Shown: positions 30,095 through 40,201, numbered from the stretch's first letter. The stretch is DNA of 64,000 bases from Minisyncoccota bacterium (GCA_028690055.1 JAQVBZ010000003.1:7779-71778); one strand, 5' to 3'. Program-made: numbers and translations. Notes: a model not told the origin generated them from the sequence alone.

Positions 30095-30445
30095 ATGGAT
30101 TCATCACAAGAGATGACACGCGGCGCCATCGAACTTGTCGTGCTACAGACACTCTCCAACTACGGAGACAACTACGGCTATGAGCTTATCAAGATCATCG
30201 CGCAAAAAAGTGAGAGTATTTTTGAATTCAAAGAAGGAACACTTTATCCTTTGCTTTATCGTCTGGAGGAAAAGAAACTGGTAAAGAGCTATCGCCAAGT
30301 CGCCGAGAGCGGCAAAGAGAGAAGATTCTATCACATCACTGCCGCCGGAGAGAAAAAGTTGGCAAGCAAAAAATCAGAATTTGAGACTTTCCTCGCGGGG
30401 ATGGACGCAATCCTCAAGCCTAATCATTTAAGCTTGGAGAGATGA
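30095..30445 (+). CDS. PadR-family transcriptional regulator
   Basis: 116 aa with a winged-HTH containing the PadR signature (GAIELVVLQTL...GYELIKII...EGTLYPLLYRLEEKKLV). Confidence 0.85.
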   Translation: MDSSQEMTRGAIELVVLQTLSNYGDNYGYELIKIIAQKSESIFEFKEGTLYPLLYRLEEKKLVKSYRQVAESGKERRFYHITAAGEKKLASKKSEFETFLAGMDAILKPNHLSLER

Positions 30446-32073
30446 AGAACCGAACAATCCATAAACAATATGTGGACGACATAATCCGGGAGCTTCCCAT
30501 ATCCGAATACACCTCGCGATTTTGCGAGGAGCTTTTGGAGCACTTGGAAGACTGCGAGGAAGATTTCAATGATCAACCAGGGGCTGATAGTCCGAAACAA
30601 ACTGTGCGAAAAATCGGAGACAAAGATTTGATTATCCGAACCTACAAAGAATTTCACCGCGAACGTCACTCCAAACTCCGGCGGCTGGAACTCTCTTTTT
30701 ATGTCATATTTTCCTGGCTGATATTTTTTATTACCTCGACGATACCTAACTATTTAGAATCGACTTATCTCTACTCCGATCACCCCGCCCCCTTGTTTTC
30801 TGGCATCATGATTTTTTGTGCCGCCATCTTCTGTACTCTGGCTATTAATTATACCTTCTATAATTTTCTATCCGTCCGTCTATCCCTCCACTCGGAAAGT
30901 GACGATCGCAAGCAAAAATTGCTGGTCATATTCTTTTTTCTGCCAGCGATAAGCGCGCTGGTGAATCTTATGACTGCCTTCTCCGCCCCAGGGCAAGCTC
31001 AGCTCTGGGGAATATTGATTGCGCCCCTGCCCTTCCTCAGCGCCTTCCTGCCGGCGCTGATTAATTTTAAGATTATTTGCAAAAACAAAAAAAACGTCGG
31101 ACTCGACGCCACTCTACCATATCTGACTCTAACCGTTTTTTTGGTTTTTCTGCTTTTGGTCGCCGCCACAGACAAGATACTGTTTTTAGAAACACTGTCA
31201 CCCCTGCAAGCGATAGTCAATATTTTTTACATATTCCATTTCATATTATTTATCCTTATCGATGTCATAGTCGACTTGCCCTTTTTCGCACTCTTTCCTA
31301 TGGATAATTCCAATTCCGCCTCTTATGTGGTACCCGTACAAATGGTGAGCGTCAACATCGCCATCGCCGCCGCATACGTTATGTCGCTGGGAGCAATAGG
31401 TGTTTTAGCACTTCGCTCCGCGCGCAAGCAAAAAAATCTTGCAGAAAAAAGATGGAATAGAGCTGTCGGATTGATACTCTGCGCTTATGCCATATTTATG
31501 TTTCTGCCAATAAAATCCATAGACACACCGGCAATCAACTGGAATGTACCGGCGAAAGAAATTTCCAAACAAATTGAAAAGAAACAGTTCGGAATCTTTT
31601 ACAGTTTCATCAAATTCAAAAACGATGATGAGGGGTATGTTTACAATTATGACACTTGCAGCACCGAGAACGGCTTTATCGCCAAGCAAAGTTCAGGACA
31701 GATTTTCTACTTCGACGTGACGGGAGCTTCATCGATCAGAGAGGTAAAGACGGTGCGGATGGAGAAGCAAAAGGGGAAAGAATATTGTGCACAGATCCCG
31801 ACAAAAGGATATGACGCCGAAAGCCTTTTCTTTTTCCAAGAAGGATGGAAGTGTCTGGATAAAGAGGATACCCCTCTTCCCATGGGCAGGCTCGAAGGTT
31901 GCGCAAAAATCACTTACGCGGACCGCGAGATATTTAAGGAAACCTATGAACATTCTACGAGCGAGATCCAGTCCATCGAGATGAGTGCCGACGGAAACTG
32001 GGCGCTGATCAAGATGGCTGACGTTTACAGCGTAGATTTCTTGTACCTGGCAGATTTGCGAGAACCGAAATAA
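30442..32073 (+). CDS. PadR-associated membrane sensor (N-terminal HAAS/DUF1700-like domain, polytopic, C-terminal extracytoplasmic domain)
   Basis: 543 aa. The start overlaps the PadR stop (ATGA). The N-terminal ~80 aa (YVDDIIRELP...EELLEHLED...IGDKDLIIRTYKEF) fit the HAAS/DUF1700 pattern usually paired with PadR. About 7 TM helices follow, then a ~180-aa C-terminal soluble domain. Confidence 0.55.
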   Translation: MKNRTIHKQYVDDIIRELPISEYTSRFCEELLEHLEDCEEDFNDQPGADSPKQTVRKIGDKDLIIRTYKEFHRERHSKLRRLELSFYVIFSWLIFFITSTIPNYLESTYLYSDHPAPLFSGIMIFCAAIFCTLAINYTFYNFLSVRLSLHSESDDRKQKLLVIFFFLPAISALVNLMTAFSAPGQAQLWGILIAPLPFLSAFLPALINFKIICKNKKNVGLDATLPYLTLTVFLVFLLLVAATDKILFLETLSPLQAIVNIFYIFHFILFILIDVIVDLPFFALFPMDNSNSASYVVPVQMVSVNIAIAAAYVMSLGAIGVLALRSARKQKNLAEKRWNRAVGLILCAYAIFMFLPIKSIDTPAINWNVPAKEISKQIEKKQFGIFYSFIKFKNDDEGYVYNYDTCSTENGFIAKQSSGQIFYFDVTGASSIREVKTVRMEKQKGKEYCAQIPTKGYDAESLFFFQEGWKCLDKEDTPLPMGRLEGCAKITYADREIFKETYEHSTSEIQSIEMSADGNWALIKMADVYSVDFLYLADLREPK

Positions 32074-32245
32074 ACGCCTAAAATTAAAATAAGATTAGAA
32101 CATTAATGTAAAGATAAATTTTATATCTTCGTTCCTATCACCATGTCATAAAAATAAAAACATTACCGGATTCTCCCCTCTTCCGATACTACAAATTATT
32201 ATTTTGTAAATCGGCCCAAGAAATTGACCATATAAATGTAGCGCG

Positions 32246-33910
32246 ATGAAAGAAATAGCAAATACCGATAAATATGTGGACGACATCATCAAAGAGCTGC
32301 CGCCTTCACCACGCACGCGGAGATTCCGCGAGGAGCTCTTGGAGCATATAGCCGATGCCGAAGAGGATCTGCAAAATCAAGAAAATAATTTTAACCAAAT
32401 CAAAACAAAAGTCATGCAAAAAATCGGAGACAAAGACACACTAACCAAAAGTTACGTCGATTTCTATAGAAGCAGCCTATCCTCTCTGTGGCCGATAGAG
32501 CTGCTCATCTACATCGCCCTATCTTTGTGCGTCTTTCTCGTCACGGATCTTATCCTGAGTCCGTATGAACTGATTACAGACTCCTCGCTCTGGATCTTAA
32601 AAATAGCAGTGATCATTTTCTCCATCTTGGTTGCATATGTTTTCAACCGCATCGTGTATACTTTTGCTGCTAAACGCCTATCCCCGCACTTGTCCAGCAA
32701 GAAAGCCCACATTTTGGTAGCCTGGTCACTCGTAATCATGCCCATCCTCTCCTTTATTTACGGCTGGGCATACATTCTTTATTGGGAAGTGCAAAAGTCC
32801 GGCCTGGAATTTTTCATATCCGAATACTTCGCTATCACGGTGTTAAAAATTGCGATTATGCATCTGGCTGCCGCCATCGCTTTCGGCATCATCCCACGCC
32901 GAAAGAAAAAAGTTTCTACCCTCAGCAATAAAGTCCCGTATCTTCTCCTGTTCATCTTTCTGACAATAATGTTTTTTTCCGTCATGCTAGCCCAGCAAAA
33001 ATCCGACTCGCTCTCCGCGTCCGGGCAATTCATAAATGTACTGACATCTTATCTGGCGATGCCGATTAATATTTTATATTCTTTCCTGGACGGCCTGGAT
33101 GTCTATGCTCCGAGCGGTGGGCAGATTTTTACCCTCAACGTTTTCGCCGCCCTGGATTCGTTAGCATTCTTCAGAATGTTTTTGGCACTCTTGATCATTA
33201 CAGCCGTGGGAGGTGTTTGGCTTATCATTTCCGCCGATAAATCCAAGTCAGAAAACGGCAAAAATTGGAAGCGCGCCACAGGCATCGCTCTTATCGCCTA
33301 CTCCGCCTTTGTATTGCTCCCCATTAACAAAGTGCAGCAAGAGGATCCGATTTTGAACGTTCCAGCTTTCAACGTAACGCAGAAAATCGAACAAGATCAA
33401 CGGGGGTTACTCTATCCGGCACTAAAATATGTAGACCAAAGTATTAGAAATAATGCCTTCTACGCGGTCTATAGAGATGGCAATCTCTTTACTATCGGAC
33501 AATCATTCGGTGCAGCGGGCAACTATTTTCTGATCGATGTAAACAACGTTCCGGAAGGACAAGATCCTGTGATTTCTACCAACGCGAAAGAAAAAGGGAT
33601 GGAATCCTACACGCTGGAATTCAATCCGTTCGAGGGAATGATTCCACAGGGATTCGAATGCCCCGATTGCATAACAACCAGGGAAAACGACGAAGCAGAA
33701 GACATATCGTACTCCTCTTATGATGATTCAGGAACAAGAACGTACTATTCTGCAGATTATACAAATTTGACCTACAACGGGCACAGGCTCTTAGCCGAGG
33801 GAAAAAATGTAAAACCTCACGAGATCAAGGTAAGTGCCAATCAAGAGTGGGCGCTCATCGAGTTTGATAGTGAGCAGTTATATCTGATAGATTTGAGAAG
33901 ATTGAAGTAG
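32246..33910 (+). CDS. Tandem paralogue of the PadR-associated HAAS membrane sensor
   Basis: 554 aa. The N-terminal cytoplasmic module (YVDDIIKELPPS..EELLEHIADAEED..IGDKDTLTKSYVDF) and the C-terminal tail (...EWALIEFDSEQLYLIDLRRLK vs ...NWALIKMADVYSVDFLYLADLREPK) are conserved with the upstream gene. The central TM and extracellular parts have diverged. Confidence 0.55.
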   Translation: MKEIANTDKYVDDIIKELPPSPRTRRFREELLEHIADAEEDLQNQENNFNQIKTKVMQKIGDKDTLTKSYVDFYRSSLSSLWPIELLIYIALSLCVFLVTDLILSPYELITDSSLWILKIAVIIFSILVAYVFNRIVYTFAAKRLSPHLSSKKAHILVAWSLVIMPILSFIYGWAYILYWEVQKSGLEFFISEYFAITVLKIAIMHLAAAIAFGIIPRRKKKVSTLSNKVPYLLLFIFLTIMFFSVMLAQQKSDSLSASGQFINVLTSYLAMPINILYSFLDGLDVYAPSGGQIFTLNVFAALDSLAFFRMFLALLIITAVGGVWLIISADKSKSENGKNWKRATGIALIAYSAFVLLPINKVQQEDPILNVPAFNVTQKIEQDQRGLLYPALKYVDQSIRNNAFYAVYRDGNLFTIGQSFGAAGNYFLIDVNNVPEGQDPVISTNAKEKGMESYTLEFNPFEGMIPQGFECPDCITTRENDEAEDISYSSYDDSGTRTYYSADYTNLTYNGHRLLAEGKNVKPHEIKVSANQEWALIEFDSEQLYLIDLRRLK

Positions 33911-34023
33911 CTTGCCACCGCTTTTACATACAGAAACAAAAAGTCCGGATCGCCTCTGGACTTTTTTGTTTTTTTATATTACTATTGAAAGGTATTTGAC
34001 AGGCTTTATTTACAAATCGCAAC

Positions 34024-34098
34024 ATACCCGCGCCAGGGTAGCTCAGTTTGGTTAGAGCATAGGACTCATAAACCTAAGGTCGTGGGTTCGACTCCCAC
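34024..34098 (+). tRNA. tRNA with CAT anticodon (elongator Met or lysidine-modified Ile2)
   Basis: Manual fold: acceptor GCCAGGG/TCCTGGC, D-arm GCTC-AGTTTGGTTA-GAGC, anticodon stem TAGGA/ACCTA with loop CTCATAA, T-arm GTGGG-TTCGACT-CCCAC. Confidence 0.75.
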
Positions 34099-34124
34099 TC
34101 CTGGCACTCACTAAGTTTACAATC

Positions 34125-34673
34125 ATGAACCGAGACAGAGTAGCCGATTTCCTCTTCGAAATCGGCACTTTGCGCAATATGCGCAGAATGCAAAGCCAAA
34201 TCTTACCAGAATCAAATGACAGCATCGCTTCTCACTCTTTCGAAGTGGCAATCATCGGTATGATTCTTGCCCGAAGCGAAAACGCTGATGAGAATAAAGT
34301 AATCAAGATGTGCCTCTTCCACGATATCGCAGAAGCAAGGATCGGAGACGCAAATTTCATCCACAAGTTTTATGTTCAAGCTGACGAAGACAAGGCGTTG
34401 CGCGATCAAATCGCCGACACGCCGATTGCTGAGGAGATTTTGGCAATCATCAACGAATTTGAAGCGAGAGAGAGTAAAGAGGCTATTATCGCCAAAGATG
34501 CGGATCTGCTGGATCAGATTTTAGTCCAGTCTGCCACAATCAAAAACGCCGAGGACAAAAAGCTCTGGAATGAAAACAGCGCCAAAGACCTCCAAACTGA
34601 AATTGCCAAAGAATTGGCCAAGGCCCTGTCAGACACAAATCCCCTGTCCTGGGTTTATAAAATGGCAGAATAG
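34125..34673 (+). CDS. HD-domain 5'-deoxynucleotidase (YfbR-like)
   Basis: 182 aa with the H...HD...D metal motif (ASHSFEVA..., CLFHDIAEARIGD). Confidence 0.7.
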   Translation: MNRDRVADFLFEIGTLRNMRRMQSQILPESNDSIASHSFEVAIIGMILARSENADENKVIKMCLFHDIAEARIGDANFIHKFYVQADEDKALRDQIADTPIAEEILAIINEFEARESKEAIIAKDADLLDQILVQSATIKNAEDKKLWNENSAKDLQTEIAKELAKALSDTNPLSWVYKMAE

Positions 34674-34846
34674 CCCCTGGAGTAGCAGGTTTTAACCTGC
34701 ACTGTTATCCCAAGCCGACAACACACCCTTGTTCCTATGGAACAGCCGGCGCGGGATGAATCCCACTACTCCACCAAAAAAACTACATTGCGCCTCTTGT
34801 TGACATTTCTCACAGAATTGCTATTATTTAAAAGTCGAATTCATAT

Positions 34847-34920
34847 GGGGGCGTAGCTCAGTTGGTTAGAGCGTCTGCTTGTCACGCAGAAGGTCATGGG
34901 TTCGAGCCCCACCGTCCCCG
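34847..34920 (+). tRNA. tRNA-Asp (anticodon GTC)
   Basis: Acceptor GGGGGCG/CGTCCCC, D-arm GCTC-AGTTGGTTA-GAGC, anticodon stem TCTGC/GCAGA with loop TTGTCAC, T-arm ATGGG-TTCGAGC-CCCAC, discriminator G. Confidence 0.85.
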
Positions 34921-34926
34921 CATAGA

Positions 34927-34958
34927 AGAAACAGGATTTTTAAGCCCTGTTTTTGTTA
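34927..34958 (+). terminator. Rho-independent terminator after tRNA-Asp
   Basis: AAACAGG-ATTTTTAAGC-CCTGTTTTTGTT is a stem followed by a T-run. Confidence 0.55.
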
Positions 34959-34987
34959 TCAAAAAAACTTGGAACATAGAGTCCAAG

Positions 34988-35437
34988 TTATAAATATTTT
35001 ATATACGTTTCATCATTTTTCTCTTCAATAGAGAGATGCTTACTCTGCTCCAGTACTTTGTCGCTTATCAAACGACCACCACAATATATGCTGGTTTCTG
35101 AAAAACAGGCGTAAGACAATCTCTCCTCCCCTTCCGCCTCAAATATATCGGCGATTTGTCTTGCGGTAAAAGTTTCCTCAGGTCGACTTTCAACAAGCCG
35201 ATATAAGCGATCATAATAACACTCTTCTCTCTTCCTTCTTTCTTCAAGAGCCTCCATCAGCTCTTCTTCTTCCATCCTGTTTTTTTCAATCTCCGCAAAT
35301 TCTAACTCGCGCTCCTCCTCTTCAGTCAAAGGCGCACCTTTTTTCTCTTCTGCGATTTTCTTTTTCGTCTCACCGAAAATTATTTTCAAAATATATTTTT
35401 TATGCATTTCTACTTCTTCTCCTTTTTGTTTCTTCAA
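34988..35437 (-). CDS. Hypothetical Glu/Lys-rich protein
   Basis: 149-aa ORF, highly charged, with a C-terminal Cys-containing segment; no family. Confidence 0.3.
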   Translation of the reverse strand: MKKQKGEEVEMHKKYILKIIFGETKKKIAEEKKGAPLTEEEERELEFAEIEKNRMEEEELMEALEERRKREECYYDRLYRLVESRPEETFTARQIADIFEAEGEERLSYACFSETSIYCGGRLISDKVLEQSKHLSIEEKNDETYIKYL

Positions 35438-35729
35438 TAACCCATTAAGACTATCTTATTCGGCAGTATGAGTTGTTTTTCGGGAGATGTCAATCCCGCA
35501 CTATTCTTTAGACTGTATGCATTTGGCAAGAATGATAGAGCTGATATCAGATTACGCGACATACTCAAAATATTTCGGATAATATCCAAGATGCCCCGCA
35601 AAATAAGAATCGCTCACAAAAACGTTTTTTTGTATAGATTCGGCAGGATTTGGACTTTTGATTAAATAATTTGACTATATTCCTATGTCATTGCTAATAT
35701 ATCATTATATCCGTCAGACGAACTAAATT

Positions 35730-36065
35730 ATGATTCAAGCAATCAAAGAATTTCTGAAACCTACCAAATGGACGATTATTGCGACAATTATTGTAATAAT
35801 TGTTTATTTGATCAATCTAGACATAGTGGCCCGAACATGGCCTACAAAGACGATATCTTTAACGATGTCTACTATTTTTCTCAGCCCGATTGTTTTTGTT
35901 ATAGATAGAACATATATCCTTTTATTCGTAGACGAACACTCTTTTTTTGCTGGACTTATTTCGTTTGTATTAGACATTCTATACTATTATGTTTGGGGAT
36001 GCATCATGGTTTATATAATAAGACTATATAAGAAAAGAGTGATTAAAAAAATAATTCGATCATAA
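35730..36065 (+). CDS. Small hypothetical membrane protein
   Basis: 111 aa with 3 predicted TM helices. Confidence 0.3.
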   Translation: MIQAIKEFLKPTKWTIIATIIVIIVYLINLDIVARTWPTKTISLTMSTIFLSPIVFVIDRTYILLFVDEHSFFAGLISFVLDILYYYVWGCIMVYIIRLYKKRVIKKIIRS

Positions 36066-36462
36066 TTTTTTCTATTGAAAATTACCTCTCTCTAGAGCTG
36101 CCTATTCAAATTGTGCCGTTGTTTTAAGGAACTTTTTTATTTCAGCTCCTAACCGCAAGTATAACAATAAAGATAACTATTTTTGTCAAAGTTTGCCACA
36201 TTTCGTCTATCTCACCAAGAACTTTTCCAACTGCCTAACATTCAATTCTCCCACTGTCTCCATCCGATCCATAGTTCTAAAGTCGTCCCACATTCCACGC
36301 ATTTAATGTAATACCAGTAAAAATCACGTATGTCTGCGTGTTTTTTTGATATTCAGGTGCTTGACTGGCAACCGATATCTAGCTTGAGTTTTTCAAAGAA
36401 AACCTCTATACTTTAGCTGAAGTTCAATCGATAATTATAGATTTCATAATAAAAGATCAACT

Positions 36463-37203
36463 ATGTGCTCATTCAAGCTGATACAGTAGAATGTCTGGTT
36501 CAAAGAAAAACCGGAGAACATTGCAAACTTCCTGAAAGAAGCTGACGCTGATATTATATGTGCCCAAGAGCTCATAAAAGATTCAAGAATAAATCTTGAT
36601 GTTGCAAAATATGTTGCTGAAAAACTGGGGTTCGGATATTATTATCACGATGGAGATACTTGGGACAACCGCCCGGACAAAGAGGCTCAAGGTAATGCTA
36701 TTTTTTTCCGCTATCCGATAGTCAGCTCAAACTACATTTATGTACAGTGCCCAAAACATAATTCTTCAGATTTCTCAGAAGAGGGGCGAGTATATATAGA
36801 GGCTGTAATCAAAGTCGGCGGTAAAGGATTAACCGTTGGCACGACTCATCTTTCGTACTCGGACCGTTTTATAATCGCCAACCGAAGGAAAAAAGAAATC
36901 GATACTTTGGTCAATATTCTAAAAGGAAGAAAAAATAACTATATATTCACAGGTGATTTGAATTCGCTCCCGGATTCATACGCAATTCCCCAACTAGAAA
37001 AAATTCTTTCACATTCCGGACCGGCTTACAGTCAAAATTCTTGGACAACCAAACCTTTCAAATATGAAATCTTTCAGGAAAACGAGCTCAACCACCGATT
37101 GGATTATGTTTACAACTCCAACGATATCAACATCGTTGATTCAAAAATTCTTGAGTGCCCATACTCGGATCATCTGCCAGTCCGGACAAGATTTAAATTT
37201 TAA
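36463..37203 (+). pseudogene. Endonuclease/exonuclease/phosphatase (EEP) family gene interrupted by an in-frame TAG at codon 9
   Basis: ATG at 36463 gives MCSFKLIQ, then TAG at 36487-36489. The same frame continues open for 238 codons (NVWFKEKPENIANFLKEADADIICAQE...HLSYSDRF...FTGDLNS...DHLPV) with the EEP catalytic motifs. There is no ATG, GTG or TTG start between the TAG and 36907. Confidence 0.6.
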
Positions 37204-37262
37204 GATTGGTCGCAATATATGACGTACACAAAAATTTTACCGATTATTAATATTAAGCAGAA

Positions 37263-38120
37263 ATGAATATCATTTTCCTTGCATTGATAAATACCCTGTC
37301 TGGAGCAATCATTACGATAAAATGGAAACGCCTGAGGACCAACGGTTTGCATCCGGTGAGTGCTTTGGGATTATTCTGTTTTGGCATTCCACTATGGCTG
37401 GCTTCATTTATCGCACTCAGCTATAAATTCGACATCGTTTATTCCGGTGAATATCTCTTCTATATTCTTTTATGGTCAGTAATCGTGATTGTTACTAACC
37501 TAGGTTCTATTTTTCTGATGAAATTCCAGGCATTATCAGAGATGACCGTTTATAAGCTGGGATTTTCTACCGCACTGGGGATCGCCGTCGATTCCATTTT
37601 CTTCAAGACAAACTTCAGCTTTTATATGCTGATAGGAATATTTTTCTTATTTATTTCCGGAATTTTATTATCAAAAAATAAGAGGGCCAACGACATGAAT
37701 ATTCTCGTAACGTTATCGATAATATTGATTCTGAGCATTCTCGGCATATCTTTATATTCGATTTACAAATACGCAATGCCCATCCAACCCAACCCGGTGA
37801 TACATGGCGTTATTTCTCAGTTAGTCGTCTATGTATTATTTTCTTTCTTCGCCTACAAATATTTGCGCCAGGACTATACGGCACAACTCTATAACCGCAA
37901 AGATGTTATAGCCTTCAGCTTATTGATTTTCATTTTTACCGTTACAGAAGCTTTCCTTTTTAAAGAACTGCCCCTAACAATCATAATATTGCTATCGGTC
38001 ATAAGTTTATTGATTTACGCTGTTTATGACATCAAAAAGAAAGAGATAATCCTGTCTCGACAGATCTACCTGGCAGGAGCGCTATCAACTATCGCTTTAA
38101 TTATGATTAACCATAAATAA
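37263..38120 (+). CDS. Polytopic membrane protein
   Basis: 285 aa with about 9 TM helices (possibly a DMT/EamA-like fold); assignment weak. Confidence 0.4.
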   Translation: MNIIFLALINTLSGAIITIKWKRLRTNGLHPVSALGLFCFGIPLWLASFIALSYKFDIVYSGEYLFYILLWSVIVIVTNLGSIFLMKFQALSEMTVYKLGFSTALGIAVDSIFFKTNFSFYMLIGIFFLFISGILLSKNKRANDMNILVTLSIILILSILGISLYSIYKYAMPIQPNPVIHGVISQLVVYVLFSFFAYKYLRQDYTAQLYNRKDVIAFSLLIFIFTVTEAFLFKELPLTIIILLSVISLLIYAVYDIKKKEIILSRQIYLAGALSTIALIMINHK

Positions 38121-38139
38121 ACAATTCACTCTCAAAACG

Positions 38140-38583
38140 ATGAAAATCATCAGCGCTTGCTTGTGCGGTGTAAACTGCGCTTGGAACGGTCAAACGAAAA
38201 CTTCCGAAAAAGCTATTGAACTTGTAAAGAAAGGAGAAGCTATTCCTGTGTGCCCCGAGCAGCTAGGAGGATTGAGTACGCCGAGAATCCCACAAGAAAT
38301 TCAAGCAGGTTCAGGAGAGGATGTACTGTGCTGCAAATGCAAAGTTGTGAATAAAAACGAAGAAGATGTCACCGCTCAATTCATTAGAGGAGCCGAGGAG
38401 ACTTTGAAAATTGCAAAGCTGATCGGAGCGACTGAATTCATCGCCAAATCCAAAAGCCCATCCTGCGGATGCGGTTCGACTTATGACGGAACTTTCTCTG
38501 GCACGCTGATTACGGGAGACGGAGTCACTACGGCACTCTTGAAGCAAAACGGAATCAAGGTGATAAGCGAGAACGGATTGTAG
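38140..38583 (+). CDS. DUF523-family protein (TudS/YbbK-like thiouracil desulfidase fold)
   Basis: 147 aa. The N-terminal SACLCGVNCAWNG motif and C-terminal CGCG cysteines match the DUF523 Fe-S family. Confidence 0.65.
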   Translation: MKIISACLCGVNCAWNGQTKTSEKAIELVKKGEAIPVCPEQLGGLSTPRIPQEIQAGSGEDVLCCKCKVVNKNEEDVTAQFIRGAEETLKIAKLIGATEFIAKSKSPSCGCGSTYDGTFSGTLITGDGVTTALLKQNGIKVISENGL

Positions 38584-38810
38584 TACCGAATCAACTAAAT
38601 CTGTGACATAATAATTTCACTTTTATTCCCCCTCACCCCGACCCTCTCCCGGTAGGAGAGGGAGAAACTCCTAATGCCACAAACCAGATTATAGAACAGA
38701 TTAAGTTAATTTGGCATAACAACAGAAAAAACCGCGAGGCTTCATAAAAAAATAACTCAGTGAGTTATTTTTTTGTATCAATATTTCGATTCCTGTTTTT
38801 GCGAGACAGT

Positions 38811-38842
38811 ACGGGATCCTTCGGAGTACCTCAGGATGACGC
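38811..38842. repeat. Solo arm of the REP/MITE-like family
   Basis: ACGGGATCCTTCGGAGTACCTCAGGATGACGC lies just after the MFS gene stop. A hairpin/G-tract family copy is adjacent at 38625-38665. Confidence 0.6.
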
Positions 38843-38857
38843 ACACGGAGATAAAAC

Positions 38858-40069
38858 TTATTGCTTCCGCAAAGGCAGTATATGCTCTCTATGGCGATTG
38901 TAAACAAAAAATATTAAACCCGTAACTACAATCAGTAAAAATGACAATGCAAAGCCGAGCCGGAAAGAGAAATATGTAATGGCAATTCCGGTAGCGAAAG
39001 GTCCGATTGTTTGGCCAATATCCATAATGGCCGAGAGCGCGCCCAGAGAAGAACCGAGCTTTTCGGGGCTGGTCACTTCTGCGGCGTAGGTACTGGTCGC
39101 AACCGTGGAGAAAGAGAGACCGAGACCAAAGAGCAAGCCCAGCACGATGGCCGCGGTCACAGATTGGAAAAATCCCAGCACACCTATCGACACTCCGAGT
39201 AGCAGCGCCCCGAGCATAATCTGTTTTCTCTTATCCACCCTGTCGGCCAGCTTTCCGAACAAAGGTTTGGAAAGCGCGATGGCCAAAATCTGCGTAGAAA
39301 AAATAACGCCGATTTCCGATGCCGAGATATCGAGCTGCGTCAAATACAAAGGCAGATAAGTTTCGAAAGCACCGTAGGCAAAATATATCGCCATCTCGAC
39401 ACCGGCGGTCGATATCAATCTCTTGTTATCAAAAAGATATTTCAAGTCTGTGTAGAAATCACGTGTGCTCACCTTCGCTCCGCCCTTTCCCTCGTCTTTA
39501 AGAAACACAGTCAAGATAAATACCGGTATCGCCAGAAGAAAAGCAGCCGCATAAACATATTTGTAACCAACGAGAGAGACTCCCTCCTTTGCAAAATAAG
39601 CGATGATAAACCCTCCCAGCATAGGAGCCAGCGCCCGCCCTACTAGAGTAGAAGAAGAATAGAGTCCGAGCTTCTCCCCTTTTGATGCCGCATATTTTTC
39701 AACAATCATCGCCGAGGTTACCGGCCCTAGAATAGCGGTCGCCATCCCATGAAAGAACCTTATGGGGATGAGCCACATCGGAGTGTCTACTGACAAATAG
39801 AGCAAAGGGCAGACGAGAAAGATCGCCCCCGATATCACCAAAAGCTTTTTTCTGCCTATCTTATCCGACATCAGCCCCACGGGAAAGCTGAAAAGTATTC
39901 CTGCCAGAGGCGAAAAAGCGGAAATGAGTCCTATAATTATTTCATTCCCGCCCAGAGCCTGAACGTACAGCGGCAGCACCGGACTCTTGGAAATCGTCGT
40001 CGAGAAGATGGCGAAGAATCCGATCAGTGACAAATAATATATCATGCTCGACTTCAAATCTTTTTTCAT
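38858..40069 (-). CDS. MFS transporter
   Basis: 403 aa with 12 TM helices and the MFS motif A-like loop (GLMSDKIGRKK). Confidence 0.85.
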   Translation of the reverse strand: MKKDLKSSMIYYLSLIGFFAIFSTTISKSPVLPLYVQALGGNEIIIGLISAFSPLAGILFSFPVGLMSDKIGRKKLLVISGAIFLVCPLLYLSVDTPMWLIPIRFFHGMATAILGPVTSAMIVEKYAASKGEKLGLYSSSTLVGRALAPMLGGFIIAYFAKEGVSLVGYKYVYAAAFLLAIPVFILTVFLKDEGKGGAKVSTRDFYTDLKYLFDNKRLISTAGVEMAIYFAYGAFETYLPLYLTQLDISASEIGVIFSTQILAIALSKPLFGKLADRVDKRKQIMLGALLLGVSIGVLGFFQSVTAAIVLGLLFGLGLSFSTVATSTYAAEVTSPEKLGSSLGALSAIMDIGQTIGPFATGIAITYFSFRLGFALSFLLIVVTGLIFFVYNRHREHILPLRKQ

Positions 40070-40159
40070 GCTCTTTTTAAGTAATAAATATAAGTATCGT
40101 AACTGTACACTTTAATCATACGTACACCCTGACCTTACGTAAAAATCACTCACGCGCCT

Positions 40160-40190
40160 ATCATTCTGAGGTACTCCGAAGAATCCTGCA
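40160..40190. repeat. Solo arm of the REP/MITE-like family, between rdgB and the MFS gene
   Basis: TCATTCTGAGGTACTCCGAAGAATCCTGC. Confidence 0.6.
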
Positions 40191-40201
40191 TATCCCGCAC
40201 A

